From an uncultured Alphaproteobacteria bacterium (GTDB lineage: Bacteria > Pseudomonadota > Alphaproteobacteria > Sphingomonadales > Sphingomonadaceae): a stretch of DNA of 64,000 bases. The position numbers and the translations under genes were made by a program. The notes beneath the pieces are model-generated. The model had not been told where the DNA came from. It made no database searches and saw nothing but the letters and a program-made list of their open reading frames with translations. Each line of letters begins with the position of its first letter. The first letter of the stretch is position 1. Shown one piece after another: positions 28,858 to 37,941 of this stretch. The stretch covers positions 484,169-548,168 of the forward strand of contig CAWFGF010000002.1 in assembly GCA_963815345.1 (NCBI GenBank). The letters are read 5' to 3'.

Positions 28858-29139
28858 ATGCATGAGGTCATGCAACTTGACGATCTGCTGCAGCGCTACT
28901 TTGCTACCACCGACCTCTCCGCGGTTGCTCCCGACACATTTGCAGCCGGCATCGAGCATTGCCGGGTCGATTTCGGCCTTGAGGAGGACCGGGGCAAGCG
29001 CTTTGCACTGTGGTCGTTCCTGCACATGTTCGGGTCCGCCCCCGACCTCGATGTGGCGTTCGAGAACGAGGAAGACCGGGAAGCTGCGCGCAACTTTATG
29101 GATCTCCTAGCGGCATCGGAAGACGATGGGGCAAGCTGA
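28858..29139 (+). CDS. Small acidic hypothetical protein
   Basis: ORF in the same orientation as its neighbours, with an acidic C-terminus FENEEDREAARNFMDLLAASEDDGAS. The start is uncertain (ATG 28858 or 28870). Confidence 0.4.
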   Translation: MHEVMQLDDLLQRYFATTDLSAVAPDTFAAGIEHCRVDFGLEEDRGKRFALWSFLHMFGSAPDLDVAFENEEDREAARNFMDLLAASEDDGAS

Positions 29140-29409
29140 TTGCATTGGGAACACGCGAGCCTTCAGACCCGCACCCGATACCCATCCGGCTTTTGTCGCG
29201 AACAGTCCTGAACCAGGCCAGCTGAGGACAGCAACCCGTTCCTTTGACGGCCGTGTTGTCGCGCTTCGCGCGCCTGCCCGCACCACCCGTCATGAACAGG
29301 TTTCCCTTGGAGCTTCGCTCCTGCGGTGCAGTCCTCCCATGTCCTGCTTCTTCTGGATGTTCGCAAGCCGGAGATGGTCTCCGGTTTGAGGAACTGAAGG
29401 ACTTACACC

Positions 29410-29808
29410 ATGACCAATATCGCAATCCTCACCGGCCGCATCGCTCGCGATCCCGACACCCGCGAGACCAAAGGCGGCACCAACGTTGCCGGGATCACAG
29501 TCGTCACCGATCGTCCCGCACGCGACAAGGACGGCAAGACCTACAAGGACGAGAACGGCTACACCGCCAAGGAAAGCGAGTTCCACCGGGTGACCTGCTT
29601 CAACGGCCTCGCCAAGACCGTCGGCCAATACTGCTCCAAGGGCCAGCTCGTCAGCGTCCAGGGCCGCATCCACTACACACAGTGGGAGGACAAGGACGGG
29701 GTTACCCGTTACGGAACCGAGATCCTCGCCGACAAGGTCGACTTCCTCTCCCGCGGCAATGGGTCGGCCGACGAGAACGACAATACCGACGCTCCCGATA
29801 TCGACTGA
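29410..29808 (+). CDS. ssb: Single-stranded DNA-binding protein
   Basis: OB-fold N-terminus MTNIAILTGRIARDPDTRETKGGTNVAGITVV...FHRVTCFNGLAKTV...GQLVSVQGRIHYTQWEDKDG, with an acidic tail. Confidence 0.9.
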   Translation: MTNIAILTGRIARDPDTRETKGGTNVAGITVVTDRPARDKDGKTYKDENGYTAKESEFHRVTCFNGLAKTVGQYCSKGQLVSVQGRIHYTQWEDKDGVTRYGTEILADKVDFLSRGNGSADENDNTDAPDID

Positions 29809-29831
29809 ACTCTCCCGTCGATCTCCCTCCC

Positions 29832-29865
29832 GAAGGGGTCCTGTCCAACCGGACAGGGCCCCTTC
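29832..29865. terminator. Hairpin between the convergent ssb and 29875-30141 genes (bidirectional terminator candidate)
   Basis: 15-bp stem gaaggggtcctgtcc / ggacagggccccttc containing one G-U pair. Confidence 0.5.
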
Positions 29866-29874
29866 TTGCTGTTC

Positions 29875-30141
29875 CTACTCTCCGGATGGCTGTTCGGTGC
29901 GAGGAGACGAGCGAGCCGGTGGAAGCAGCTTCTGCAGAGACGCCTCTTCACCGAGCTTTCCGAGCTCTCCGGCAACTCTTGCGAGCGCCTTCTTCGAGAA
30001 GGTCTCAAGCCCCGTTCCCAGGATGATGCGTCCCAGTTCTAGGGCGGCTTGAGCTTCAAGTAGCTTCTGGCGCTCGGCAAGTGCCAGCCGGTCGGCCTCG
30101 AGTTTCCGGAGTGCTGCGACAGCGCTTCGTTTGGTTGGCAT
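29875..30141 (-). CDS. Small coiled-coil protein, possibly a Ti-type TraD-like relaxosome accessory protein
   Basis: 88 aa. LRKLEADRLALAERQKLLEAQAALELGRIILGTG resembles small alphaproteobacterial 'TraD' proteins from memory. Weak call. Confidence 0.35.
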   Translation of the reverse strand: MPTKRSAVAALRKLEADRLALAERQKLLEAQAALELGRIILGTGLETFSKKALARVAGELGKLGEEASLQKLLPPARSSPRTEQPSGE

Positions 30142-30293
30142 CGGGGTTCCTTTCCTGCACCCCTCGGTGGTTCCTCCCTTCGATCAACATGCACCCGGGC
30201 ACAGCCTGTAGGAAAGTCCAATCGCGCTGGTCGTCCCTTGCACTACGTAACGGAGCGGGGGAGGGGGCTGGCTCACCGAATTCCAAGGGTGAT

Positions 30294-30437
30294 GGGCATG
30301 GGGCCGGCGCGTCAAGGACGGCGGGGCCCCACCATTTTGCCTCCCCTGCGCTTTGCTCCGGTCCGACAAAATCGTTGCCCCCACCGCCGCTTCGCGGTCG
30401 CCCTCGGGGCGATCCCTGACCCGCCGGCCCCATGCCC
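30294..30437. promoter_or_regulatory. Long-range perfect 16-bp inverted repeat enclosing a GC-rich structured segment upstream of ORF 30485
   Basis: gggcatggggccggcg (30294-30309) and cgccggccccatgccc (30422-30437). The stem is extended by gtcaagga (30311-30318) / tccctgac (30413-30420), paired 7 of 8, immediately inside the 16-bp arms. Confidence 0.55.
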
Positions 30438-30484
30438 CTCCGCCTGTTTCCTGTCGTCTCAGCGACAGGTTTCAGGAGGATATC

Positions 30485-30706
30485 ATGACTACACTCAGCA
30501 CCTTGGACATGAACGCGCACAGCTATTTCGAAGCGCTTGCAGTTGCCGAAAGGCGCGCCCTGCACAGTTTCTTCGACCAGCACGTGGTGGAAGATGAAGA
30601 CCTGGGCTACTTCGCCCTGGACGAGGGTGACTACAACGCACTGCCTGCGCATCTCGCCAGCCGCGTGGTGCACACGGTCCATGGAGCCATGCTGGACGAA
30701 TACTGA
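30485..30706 (+). CDS. Small acidic hypothetical protein (73 aa)
   Basis: AGGAGGA lies 5 nt before ATG 30485. Sequence MTTLSTLDMNAHSYFEALAVAERRALHSFFDQHVVEDEDLGYFALDEGDY. Followed by a strong terminator. Confidence 0.45.
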   Translation: MTTLSTLDMNAHSYFEALAVAERRALHSFFDQHVVEDEDLGYFALDEGDYNALPAHLASRVVHTVHGAMLDEY

Positions 30707-30718
30707 CGACCATACGAG

Positions 30719-30750
30719 GGCAGGAGCCGGTGACGGTTCCTGCCTTTTTT
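30719..30750 (+). terminator. Rho-independent terminator
   Basis: ggcaggagccg-gtga-cggttcctgcc hairpin followed by T6 (30745-30750). Confidence 0.7.
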
Positions 30751-31386
30751 CGTGTTCGCTGGCACTGGAGCGGGACGAAAAGCGGAGCGGGGCTGGGGTC
30801 GCGCTCGGTCCCGCCCCGCCTTCGGCGGTGCTCCTGCGGGCGCGGCCTTCTTGTTCTGGGCCCCGCACGCACGCCCGAACGACAGCGGGTCGGACCGGCG
30901 CGGTGCCGCGGGAACCGACAGGCCCCGGTCCCGGGCACCGCACGCGCTCCTTTGCCGCCGCCTTTGCGGGGTGTGCGGTCCTTGTGCGTGTTATTCATTC
31001 AAACGCAGATCAGGCTCAATTACGGTCGCGAACTGGATGCTCGCGCCTCCGAGGGCTCAGTTGGAAAATGCCTTAGAGAAAGGAGCGACCATGATCACTG
31101 GATTTCGCCGCACAATGGGGAACAGAATTGGCACACCGTACGCAGCGGGTGCTGCAATGGAAGGCGCGGAATTGCTTCACGAATTCACGAAAATGCGCTG
31201 ATACCATCTTCTGTGCCGGATGCGGTCCACTTGCTTTCTCGTCCGTGCCGAGTTGGCACAGATCCGTTTAATCTGCTGAAAAGCGATGTGAATTTTCCGT
31301 TTTCCTACACCCCATGCTGCGGCCTAGAGTGGCACTTGCCTTTCGAAGGGTGAGCCAGGTTCTTTGAACACAAGGAACTTGGAAAA
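30751..31386. other. Candidate oriT-containing intergenic region (between the leading-region genes and the RHH-traD-traI module)
   Basis: No convincing CDS. Octamer ttggcaca at 31128-35 and 31253-60; gtgcc-N5-ggcac at 31245-59; gtggcac at 31329-35. The nick site was not identified. Confidence 0.3.
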
Positions 31387-31708
31387 ATGCAAAGACACCA
31401 CCGGTTCGTGACCTATGTCACGCCCCTGATCGCCGAATGGATCAGGAAACAAGCAGAAGAGCGCAGGGTCAGCGCGAGTATCGTTGTTCGTGATTCCATC
31501 TGGTCGATGCCTGGCAGCGCGCAATCGAAGCGATCCGAGGACGCCGGCGACCGATCCAGTGCGCCAGAACGTCTTCGTCACTGTTGCACTCGATGCGCTT
31601 CTGACGCATCATCCCGACGAAACGCTGCGCGAGCGTACGATCGCAGCCTATCAGCGCCGTCTGGACGCTCGGGTTGATTGCGCCGCGCCCAGCGGAGACC
31701 GGCGATGA
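31387..31708 (+). pseudogene. Ribbon-helix-helix (CopG/TraY-like) relaxosome accessory gene, apparently split by a frameshift
   Basis: The frame from ATG 31387 gives the RHH-like FVTYVTPLIAEWIRKQAEERRVSASIVVRDSI. A second frame (open from 31484) gives QNVFVTVALDALLTHHPDETLRERTIAAYQRRLDA and ends in an ATGA overlap with the traD start (31705-08). Confidence 0.5.
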
Positions 31709-34021
31709 AGCATAATCTTTTGAATTTTACCCGCGGTAGCCAGCTCCTTGGTCACTTCGGTTTTATGTTTGCAGCGGGCCTTAAGGGCCCGCTTATCGTT
31801 ACTTTGCTCGTTGTTCTGGGCCTTGGTTACTGGGAGGTCTCGAGCAATTTGACCAGCACCAGCTCTATCTGTTGTGGATGGATCTCTATGCCTGCTCTAC
31901 GCCTTTATGGAGTTTGATCCGGACAAGCTGGTGACCCTCCGTCTCGCGAGCGGAGACACGTCGCTTCCCGATCTCGGTCATCCGAAGTTCCCGCCGATGC
32001 GCGAGGCGGTCGCTGCATTCACTATGGCTGCTAAACATGCTTTGAGGTGTCGGGCTGGTATTAGTGCCGCTATTTATCGCCTTCTGGTGGTTCGCTGAGG
32101 CATTCGGCGAGCGTTCCAAACAAAAGAAGCATGTGCGCGGTTCTTCGCTGGCAACGCTCGCCGAGCTGGAGAGCGATATTGCGCGCCACAACCCGCGAAC
32201 GAGCCCGTGAATACACCGCAGAGCTTGGCAGGAACTGGGGGGGCGGCTTCGCGCGGGACTTCAGCGATTCGCAAAGCAGGACTTTATTCACCTGCCCATC
32301 TTGCCGGAATAAGTTGGCCTTGGCGCCGCGAGCAGAGCCACGCCATGCTGGTCGGGACGACCGGTACGGGCAAAACCGTCGCGCTTACCGAGCTCGTGTC
32401 GGAGATTCGCGAGCGCGGCGAACGGGCGGTCATCTTCGATCTGACCGGGGCTTTTATCGAGACCTTTTTCGATCCCGCACGCGATCTCATTCTGAACCCG
32501 CTCGATTCCCGCTGCCCTTCCTGGAGCGTATTCAACGACTGCACCACCAGCGCGGAATTCCATGCCGCTGCGGAATCGATTGTGCCCCATGATGGCGGCG
32601 GATCGGAGCAGTTCTGGGTTCTGGCTGCGCGAACGATGTTCGTCGAAACCTGTATCAAGCTTGCTGCTGCAGGGCGGGGTACAAATCACGCGCTCGCTAC
32701 CGAACTGATGAACGCTGATCTGTCCGATCTGCACAAGCTTCTGGAGGACACCATGGCGGGACCGATCACCACGCCGAGTGCAGCCAAGATGGCCGAATCC
32801 GTCCGCGCAGTGTTCAACGTCAACGCTAAGGCGATGCAGCTTTTGCCCTCTTCCGGAGAGCAGTTCTCGGTCCGCAATTGGGTTCGCGGAGAATGCGAGC
32901 CGGGATCGATCCTGTTCCTGTCGGCGCGCTATGTCGACATGAGCGTGCTCTCGCAATTGCTCACGCTATGGCTCGATACTGCGATCAATACGCTAATGAG
33001 CGGCAAGCGCACCCGCGACTTGAAACTGTGGTTCCTGATTGACGAATTGGGCGCTCTCCACCGGCTGCCCTCGCTTGAAAAGGGGTTGCAGACAGCGCGT
33101 AATTTTGGCGGCGCTATCGTCACCGGCGTTCACACCTTTGCCAAGCTCAAAGAAGTTTACGGAGAGAACATGGCGATGACCCTGTCTTCGCTTGCGCGAA
33201 CCAAACTAATTCTCGCCACAGCAGACCGCGAAACCGCAACCTGGTGTTCCGATGTCATCGGTCACCGGGAGGTTCGCGAGATGGAAGAAGGGTATAGCTA
33301 CGGATATAATAATGCGCGCGATGCGGTTAGCCTGACGCCCCGGAGGCAAGTCGTGCCCTTGCTTCTGCCCGATGAGTTCATGGATCTGCCGAGCCTCGCT
33401 GGTTATATCAAATTTCCCGACGGGTTTCCGGCAGCTCCGGTATCACTAACCCCGAGAAATTGGCCGCGTGTCGCCGAAGGCTTTGTCGCGCGAGACCTTG
33501 CCAAAGTGAAAACCCTATCTGCGTCTGATTCTTCCGGAAATTTGCCTCCGGAGAACTTCGAGGAATGCGACGACCAGACCCATGCAGAGGATAGCGGCGA
33601 GCCGCGCACTCTCATCAAAAAGGGCGCAAAGGGGCCGCGCAAGAAGCAACCGCAGGCAAATAGATCGGCTGAGAAAAAGGACAGTCCTGCCGCCAGAATA
33701 CTCGCGCAAAAGTCTCCTTCTGACATTGCGCGCTTGGGCATCGCGCAACAGGAACAAGCGCAGGCGACGAGCAGCGTCACAAACGGCCGTCAGGCCGAGC
33801 TTCCGCTTGAAAATGCTCCGGCTGAAAAACGGTCGCAGGGTGAACCGTCCTTGTCGCGAGGCAGCGCAGAGAGCAGCAAATTGGGGCAGCAGGAGGAACC
33901 TCGCGATACCTTGATTGACGCCGATCGCAAGCTTCACGAAGAACAGCAAAATGCGCTGCTTGGCGGAGCGGCGCGGGAAAATCCGGATCATGATGTCGGG
34001 GAGATCGAACCCGATATGTGA
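31705..34021 (+). pseudogene. traD: F-type coupling protein TraD (T4CP); the N-terminal membrane domain is out of frame with the ATPase domain
   Basis: 31705 frame: MKHNLLNFTRGSQLL...PLIVTLLVVLGLGYW (TraD_N-like, TM1). Third frame, 32046-32207: VGLVLVPLFIAFWWFAEAFGERSKQKKH (TM2). 32207 frame: Walker A GTTGTGKT, Walker B WFLIDELGAL and F-TraD-like FDLTGAFIETFFDPARDLILNPLDSRC. Confidence 0.75.
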
Positions 34022-34067
34022 TGCCGCTTGGGGAGGCGCGAGGGGCTGACCAAGGATTGCAGACCCA

Positions 34068-36977
34068 ATGCTCTCTGTTGCCAATGTGCGATCATCGTCC
34101 GCCGCTGCCAATTACTTCGCGGCGGACAATTACTACGCGAAAGCCGACGCCGACCGGTCGGGTCAGTGGCTCGGTAAAGGCGCCGAGGCGCTCGGGCTTA
34201 AAGGGCGCGTTGAGACCAAGGCGTTCGATGCTGTCCTGCGCGGTGAGCTTCCCGATGGAACCACGATCGGCAATCCCGGCCAGACTCATCGCCCCGGCAC
34301 CGATCTCACTTTTTCGCTGCCCAAAAGCTGGTCTTTGTTGGCGCTGGTGGGGAAGGACCAGCGGATCATCGAGGCTTACCGTGAAGCGGTCAGCGAAACG
34401 CTTGCATGGGCAGAAAAGAACGCTGCTGAAACCCGGCTTGTCGAGAAGGGTGAGGTGCGCACGGTCAAGACTGGTAATCTTACGGTTGCCCTGTTCCAGC
34501 ACGATACCAACCGCAATCAGGAGCCCAACCTCCACTTTCATGCGGTTGTTGCCAATGTAACCCAGGGCGAGGATGGCAAATGGCGCACGCTCAAGAACGA
34601 CCGGCTGTGGTCGCTCAACACGCTGCTCAACTCGGCCGTGATGGCGCGGTTTCGTACTTCGGTCGAGAAGCTCGGCTATGAGGCTGGTCCCGTTGGTAAG
34701 CATGGCAATTTCGAAGCGCGCGGCATCACCCGCGAGCAGGTGATGGCCTTTTCGACCCGGCGTCAGGAAGTGCTCGATGCGCGGCGCGGGACCGGGCTTG
34801 AAGCAGGCCGGATCGCGGCGCTGGCCACGCGCTCGGCGAAGGAGAATATTGTCGATCGCGGCGTGCTCTCGAAGGATTGGCAGGAAACTGCTCGCAATAT
34901 CGATCTCGATTTGGGAGCCCTGATTGGAGCTTCTCATCTGCGCGCAGCCCAGATCGAGCGGAGCGCCGCGCGGCCTCAATCTCTGCTCGACAGGGGCTTG
35001 GGCCTGATGCGCAATTTTGCTGCGCGGCTCAAAGGTGATGCCCACGATCCGCTTGTTCCGGATCACGTACTTAAAAGGGATGCCCCAACAATTGCAGGAG
35101 CGCAGGCAGTCGCTTCGGCTGTGCGGCACCTGTCGCAGCGCGAGGCGGCATTCGGGCGCGAGGCGCTGTACAAAGCCGCGCTCGATTTCGGATTGCCGAC
35201 CACCATTGCCCATGTCGAACGTGCTACACGCTCGCTGGTTCGCTCGGGCCATCTTATCACCGGCAAAGGCGAGCACCGGGGCTGGCTGGCAAGCCGCGAT
35301 GCTCTCGCTATCGAGAGAAGCATCCTTACCTCCGTCGAGGAGGGCAAGCATATGGTCGAGCCGGGTATCGAGCGCGAAGAAGCGGAGCGGCGCGTGCAGG
35401 CATCGGCCCAGATCAATCACGGTTTCCAGCTCAATGAAGGGCAGCTGGGCGCCGCCTCGCTCATGCTGACGTCAAGTGATCGAACCATAGCGGTGCAGGG
35501 CGTGGCTGGAGCGGGCAAGAGCAGCGTGCTCAAACCCGTTGCGCAGGTGCTTGGCGAACAAGGCAAGCCCGTCATCGGTCTGGCGATCCAGAACACGCTG
35601 GTTCAGATGCTTGAGCGCGACACCGGTATTCCTTCGAAAACGCTGGCAAGTTTCCTCAAGGGCTGTGAGCTCCTGCTGGAGGATCCTGCCAATGCAGGCT
35701 TGCAAGCAGAGGCGAAGGCCGCGCTGAAAGACCATGTGCTGGTCCTTGATGAGGCATCGATGGTGTCGAATGCCGACAAGGAGAAACTGGTCCGTCTTGC
35801 CAATCTGGCCGAGGTCCACCGGCTCGTCCTGATGGGCGACCGCAAGCAATTGGGCGCAGTCGATGCCGGCAAGCCATTTGCATTGCTGCAAAAGGCCGGG
35901 ATTGCCCGCGCGGAAATGAATATCAATCTGCGCGGGCGCGACCCGGTCTTGCGGCGCGCACAGGCCGCCGCGCAGTCGGGTTTGGTCCGCAGCGCGCTCG
36001 ATCATCTAAAAAACCACACGATCGAAGTCGAGGGAGATGGTGCTGTGGTCGCTGCCGAGAAATGGCTTGGCCTTTCACCTGCCGAGCGCGAGAAGACCGC
36101 AATCTACGCTTCAGGTCGCGCGATCCGCTCTGCAGTGAACCAAGCCGTGCAGACGGGCCTGCGCGCCAATGGCGAACTTGGTCCCGGCACCATGCGGCTT
36201 GAGGTTCTCGACCGCATCAATCTGACCAAAGAAGAACTGCGTTATCTGGCAAATTACCGGCCCGGGCAGGTTCTGGACCTGCAAAAGACAGAGCGCGCCC
36301 AGAAACTGAAGCCCGGTGAATACAATGTGCGGGCGATTGACGAGAAGAAAGGTCTGGTCGAACTCGAAGACCGTCACGGCAAGCGTTATCGTTTCAATCC
36401 ATCGCGCATGCGCGCGAACCGCAAGGCTGACACTCTCGCTCTGTTCGAGAAGCGAGACCTCCACATCTATACCGGCGATATGATCCGATGGACGCGCAAC
36501 GACCATAGGCGCAGACTGTTCAATGCCGATCGCGCCAAAGTGATTTCCGTGGAAAACGGACAAATGACGGTCGAGACATCCAAAGGCGAACAGTTGGATA
36601 TTAAGAAGGACGATCCGATGCTGAAGCGGATCGATCTCGCTTACGCGCTCAACGCGCATATGGCGCAGGGGCTGACCTCGGATCGCGGCATAGCGGTGAT
36701 GAACAGCCGCGAGCGCAATCTGTCGAACCAGAAAACCTTTCTGGTGACGGTAACGCGGCTGCGCGATCAACTTACCTTGGTGGTCGACAGTGCCGGAAAA
36801 CTCGGCGCAGCCGTTGCCCGCAACAGAGGCGACAAGGCATCGGCGCTAGAGGTGACAGAGCGTTTGCGATCGGCTGCGGCCAGCGGTCTAGCTGGCAGCA
36901 AGAATGCGTCCGTCGGCAAAAAACCGGAACGCGAACTTGTACAGGAGAAATCGAAATCGTTCGATATCGGGCTTTAG
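34068..36977 (+). CDS. traI: MobF-family conjugative relaxase (TrwC/TraI-like) fused to a RecD-like helicase
   Basis: N-terminus AANYFAADNYY. 3-His motif HDTNRNQEPNLHFHAVV. Helicase P-loop VQGVAGAGKSSVL and LVLDEASMV. Confidence 0.9.
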   Translation: MLSVANVRSSSAAANYFAADNYYAKADADRSGQWLGKGAEALGLKGRVETKAFDAVLRGELPDGTTIGNPGQTHRPGTDLTFSLPKSWSLLALVGKDQRIIEAYREAVSETLAWAEKNAAETRLVEKGEVRTVKTGNLTVALFQHDTNRNQEPNLHFHAVVANVTQGEDGKWRTLKNDRLWSLNTLLNSAVMARFRTSVEKLGYEAGPVGKHGNFEARGITREQVMAFSTRRQEVLDARRGTGLEAGRIAALATRSAKENIVDRGVLSKDWQETARNIDLDLGALIGASHLRAAQIERSAARPQSLLDRGLGLMRNFAARLKGDAHDPLVPDHVLKRDAPTIAGAQAVASAVRHLSQREAAFGREALYKAALDFGLPTTIAHVERATRSLVRSGHLITGKGEHRGWLASRDALAIERSILTSVEEGKHMVEPGIEREEAERRVQASAQINHGFQLNEGQLGAASLMLTSSDRTIAVQGVAGAGKSSVLKPVAQVLGEQGKPVIGLAIQNTLVQMLERDTGIPSKTLASFLKGCELLLEDPANAGLQAEAKAALKDHVLVLDEASMVSNADKEKLVRLANLAEVHRLVLMGDRKQLGAVDAGKPFALLQKAGIARAEMNINLRGRDPVLRRAQAAAQSGLVRSALDHLKNHTIEVEGDGAVVAAEKWLGLSPAEREKTAIYASGRAIRSAVNQAVQTGLRANGELGPGTMRLEVLDRINLTKEELRYLANYRPGQVLDLQKTERAQKLKPGEYNVRAIDEKKGLVELEDRHGKRYRFNPSRMRANRKADTLALFEKRDLHIYTGDMIRWTRNDHRRRLFNADRAKVISVENGQMTVETSKGEQLDIKKDDPMLKRIDLAYALNAHMAQGLTSDRGIAVMNSRERNLSNQKTFLVTVTRLRDQLTLVVDSAGKLGAAVARNRGDKASALEVTERLRSAAASGLAGSKNASVGKKPERELVQEKSKSFDIGL

Positions 36978-36986
36978 CTGTGGGCG

Positions 36987-37307
36987 TTATTCGCAGCCGA
37001 TGCCGTCATTGTCCCGGTCCAGATGCGGACCATAGCCCGGCTGCCCGCGGCGAACTGGCGCGGCACCGGCGTTCCGGGCAGCGGTGCAATTGGGATAATA
37101 TACCTCAACGCCAGATCGTTGCGGCTTGGCGGATTGACCAGCATTTGCACCTCGGTGGCAGTGCCTCCCGCCGTTCTTGCGATCATTGTGACATCCGTCG
37201 GCGGCCAGGCCGCCAGAATGGGCGTTGGCTTGCGTAGAGATACTCGGTGATAGCGCGACCAGACATAATGAGGCGACCATCAGAGCGGAGCTCGATAATA
37301 TTCGCAT
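36987..37307 (-). CDS. Secreted excalibur calcium-binding-domain protein with a YHYH-like motif
   Basis: Signal peptide MRILSSSALMVASLCLVALS; GGLAADGCHNDRKNGGRHCH. C-terminus YYPNCTAARNAGAAPVRRGQPGYGPHLDRDNDGIGCE. AGGAGG lies before ATG (comp. 37307). Confidence 0.75.
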   Translation of the reverse strand: MRILSSSALMVASLCLVALSPSISTQANAHSGGLAADGCHNDRKNGGRHCHRGANAGQSAKPQRSGVEVYYPNCTAARNAGAAPVRRGQPGYGPHLDRDNDGIGCE

Positions 37308-37380
37308 GTCTTTCCGCCCCTCCTTGTGTCTTCTAGGCAGTTCTTTAGCATGCAAAGTCTGAAAAAGTTATGGGGCGGCA

Positions 37381-37941
37381 ATGAAATCAGGATTTCGTAT
37401 TGGTTCGCCACTGTGTGTGGCTCTCGGATTGCTGGCTGTTCCAGCAATTTCTCAGGCGCAAGAATATGATCCGATCTCAGAGACAGGCGGCGAAGCTATT
37501 CGCTCGATCAGTTTCGACCTCTGCCTTCCAGCCGACGGGCATGAGTATGAAGCGCTCGGCAAGAACGCTATCATCATGCTCACATCGTCAACCGCAATTG
37601 CTCCTGAGCTTCCGCTAAAGTCCGTGTTTGTTGAGATCGATGGGAACCGGGTGCCGTTGCAACGCATCGCGCGTGCAGTATTGTCAGCCAAAGGTGACCG
37701 GATCGAACAAGTATCATTCTATCTGGTGTCCATTCAGTTGACCAAGAAAACCTCGCGCCTGGCGGCTGATTTCCAAGGGGCTAGAAGCGATTTCGGCATT
37801 GGAAGTTTTGGGCCAGAATTTTACCCTAGCGATGCACCTGCATTTGTCAGGCTTGATGAGTACGACAATCCGAGCGAGCCTGATCCAGACGTGCTCGCAG
37901 CACTGCTGGCTCGAGAGTACCCAGCATACTTTGCTCGATAG
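37381..37941 (+). CDS. Secreted hypothetical protein
   Basis: Signal peptide SPLCVALGLLAVPAISQAQE. No recognised domain. Confidence 0.5.
   Translation: MKSGFRIGSPLCVALGLLAVPAISQAQEYDPISETGGEAIRSISFDLCLPADGHEYEALGKNAIIMLTSSTAIAPELPLKSVFVEIDGNRVPLQRIARAVLSAKGDRIEQVSFYLVSIQLTKKTSRLAADFQGARSDFGIGSFGPEFYPSDAPAFVRLDEYDNPSEPDPDVLAALLAREYPAYFAR

Noticed and set aside
30056-30998. 295-aa and 167-aa - strand ORFs, and several + strand ORFs (30537-31076, 30730-31353, 30752-31201), covering the GC-rich spacer.
   Set aside because: They are extremely Arg/Pro/Gly/Ala-rich, mutually overlapping in all frames, and run through a strong terminator (30719-50) and the long inverted repeat. The region was treated as structured non-coding DNA.
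31678-32592. ORFs 31678-31917, 31874-32098 and 32131-32592, listed as separate small genes.
   Set aside because: The first two, together with an unlisted third-frame segment at 32046-32207, read as consecutive pieces of the TraD N-terminal membrane domain in shifted frames (see the traD finding). The distal part of 32131-32592 is an out-of-frame shadow of the ATPase domain.
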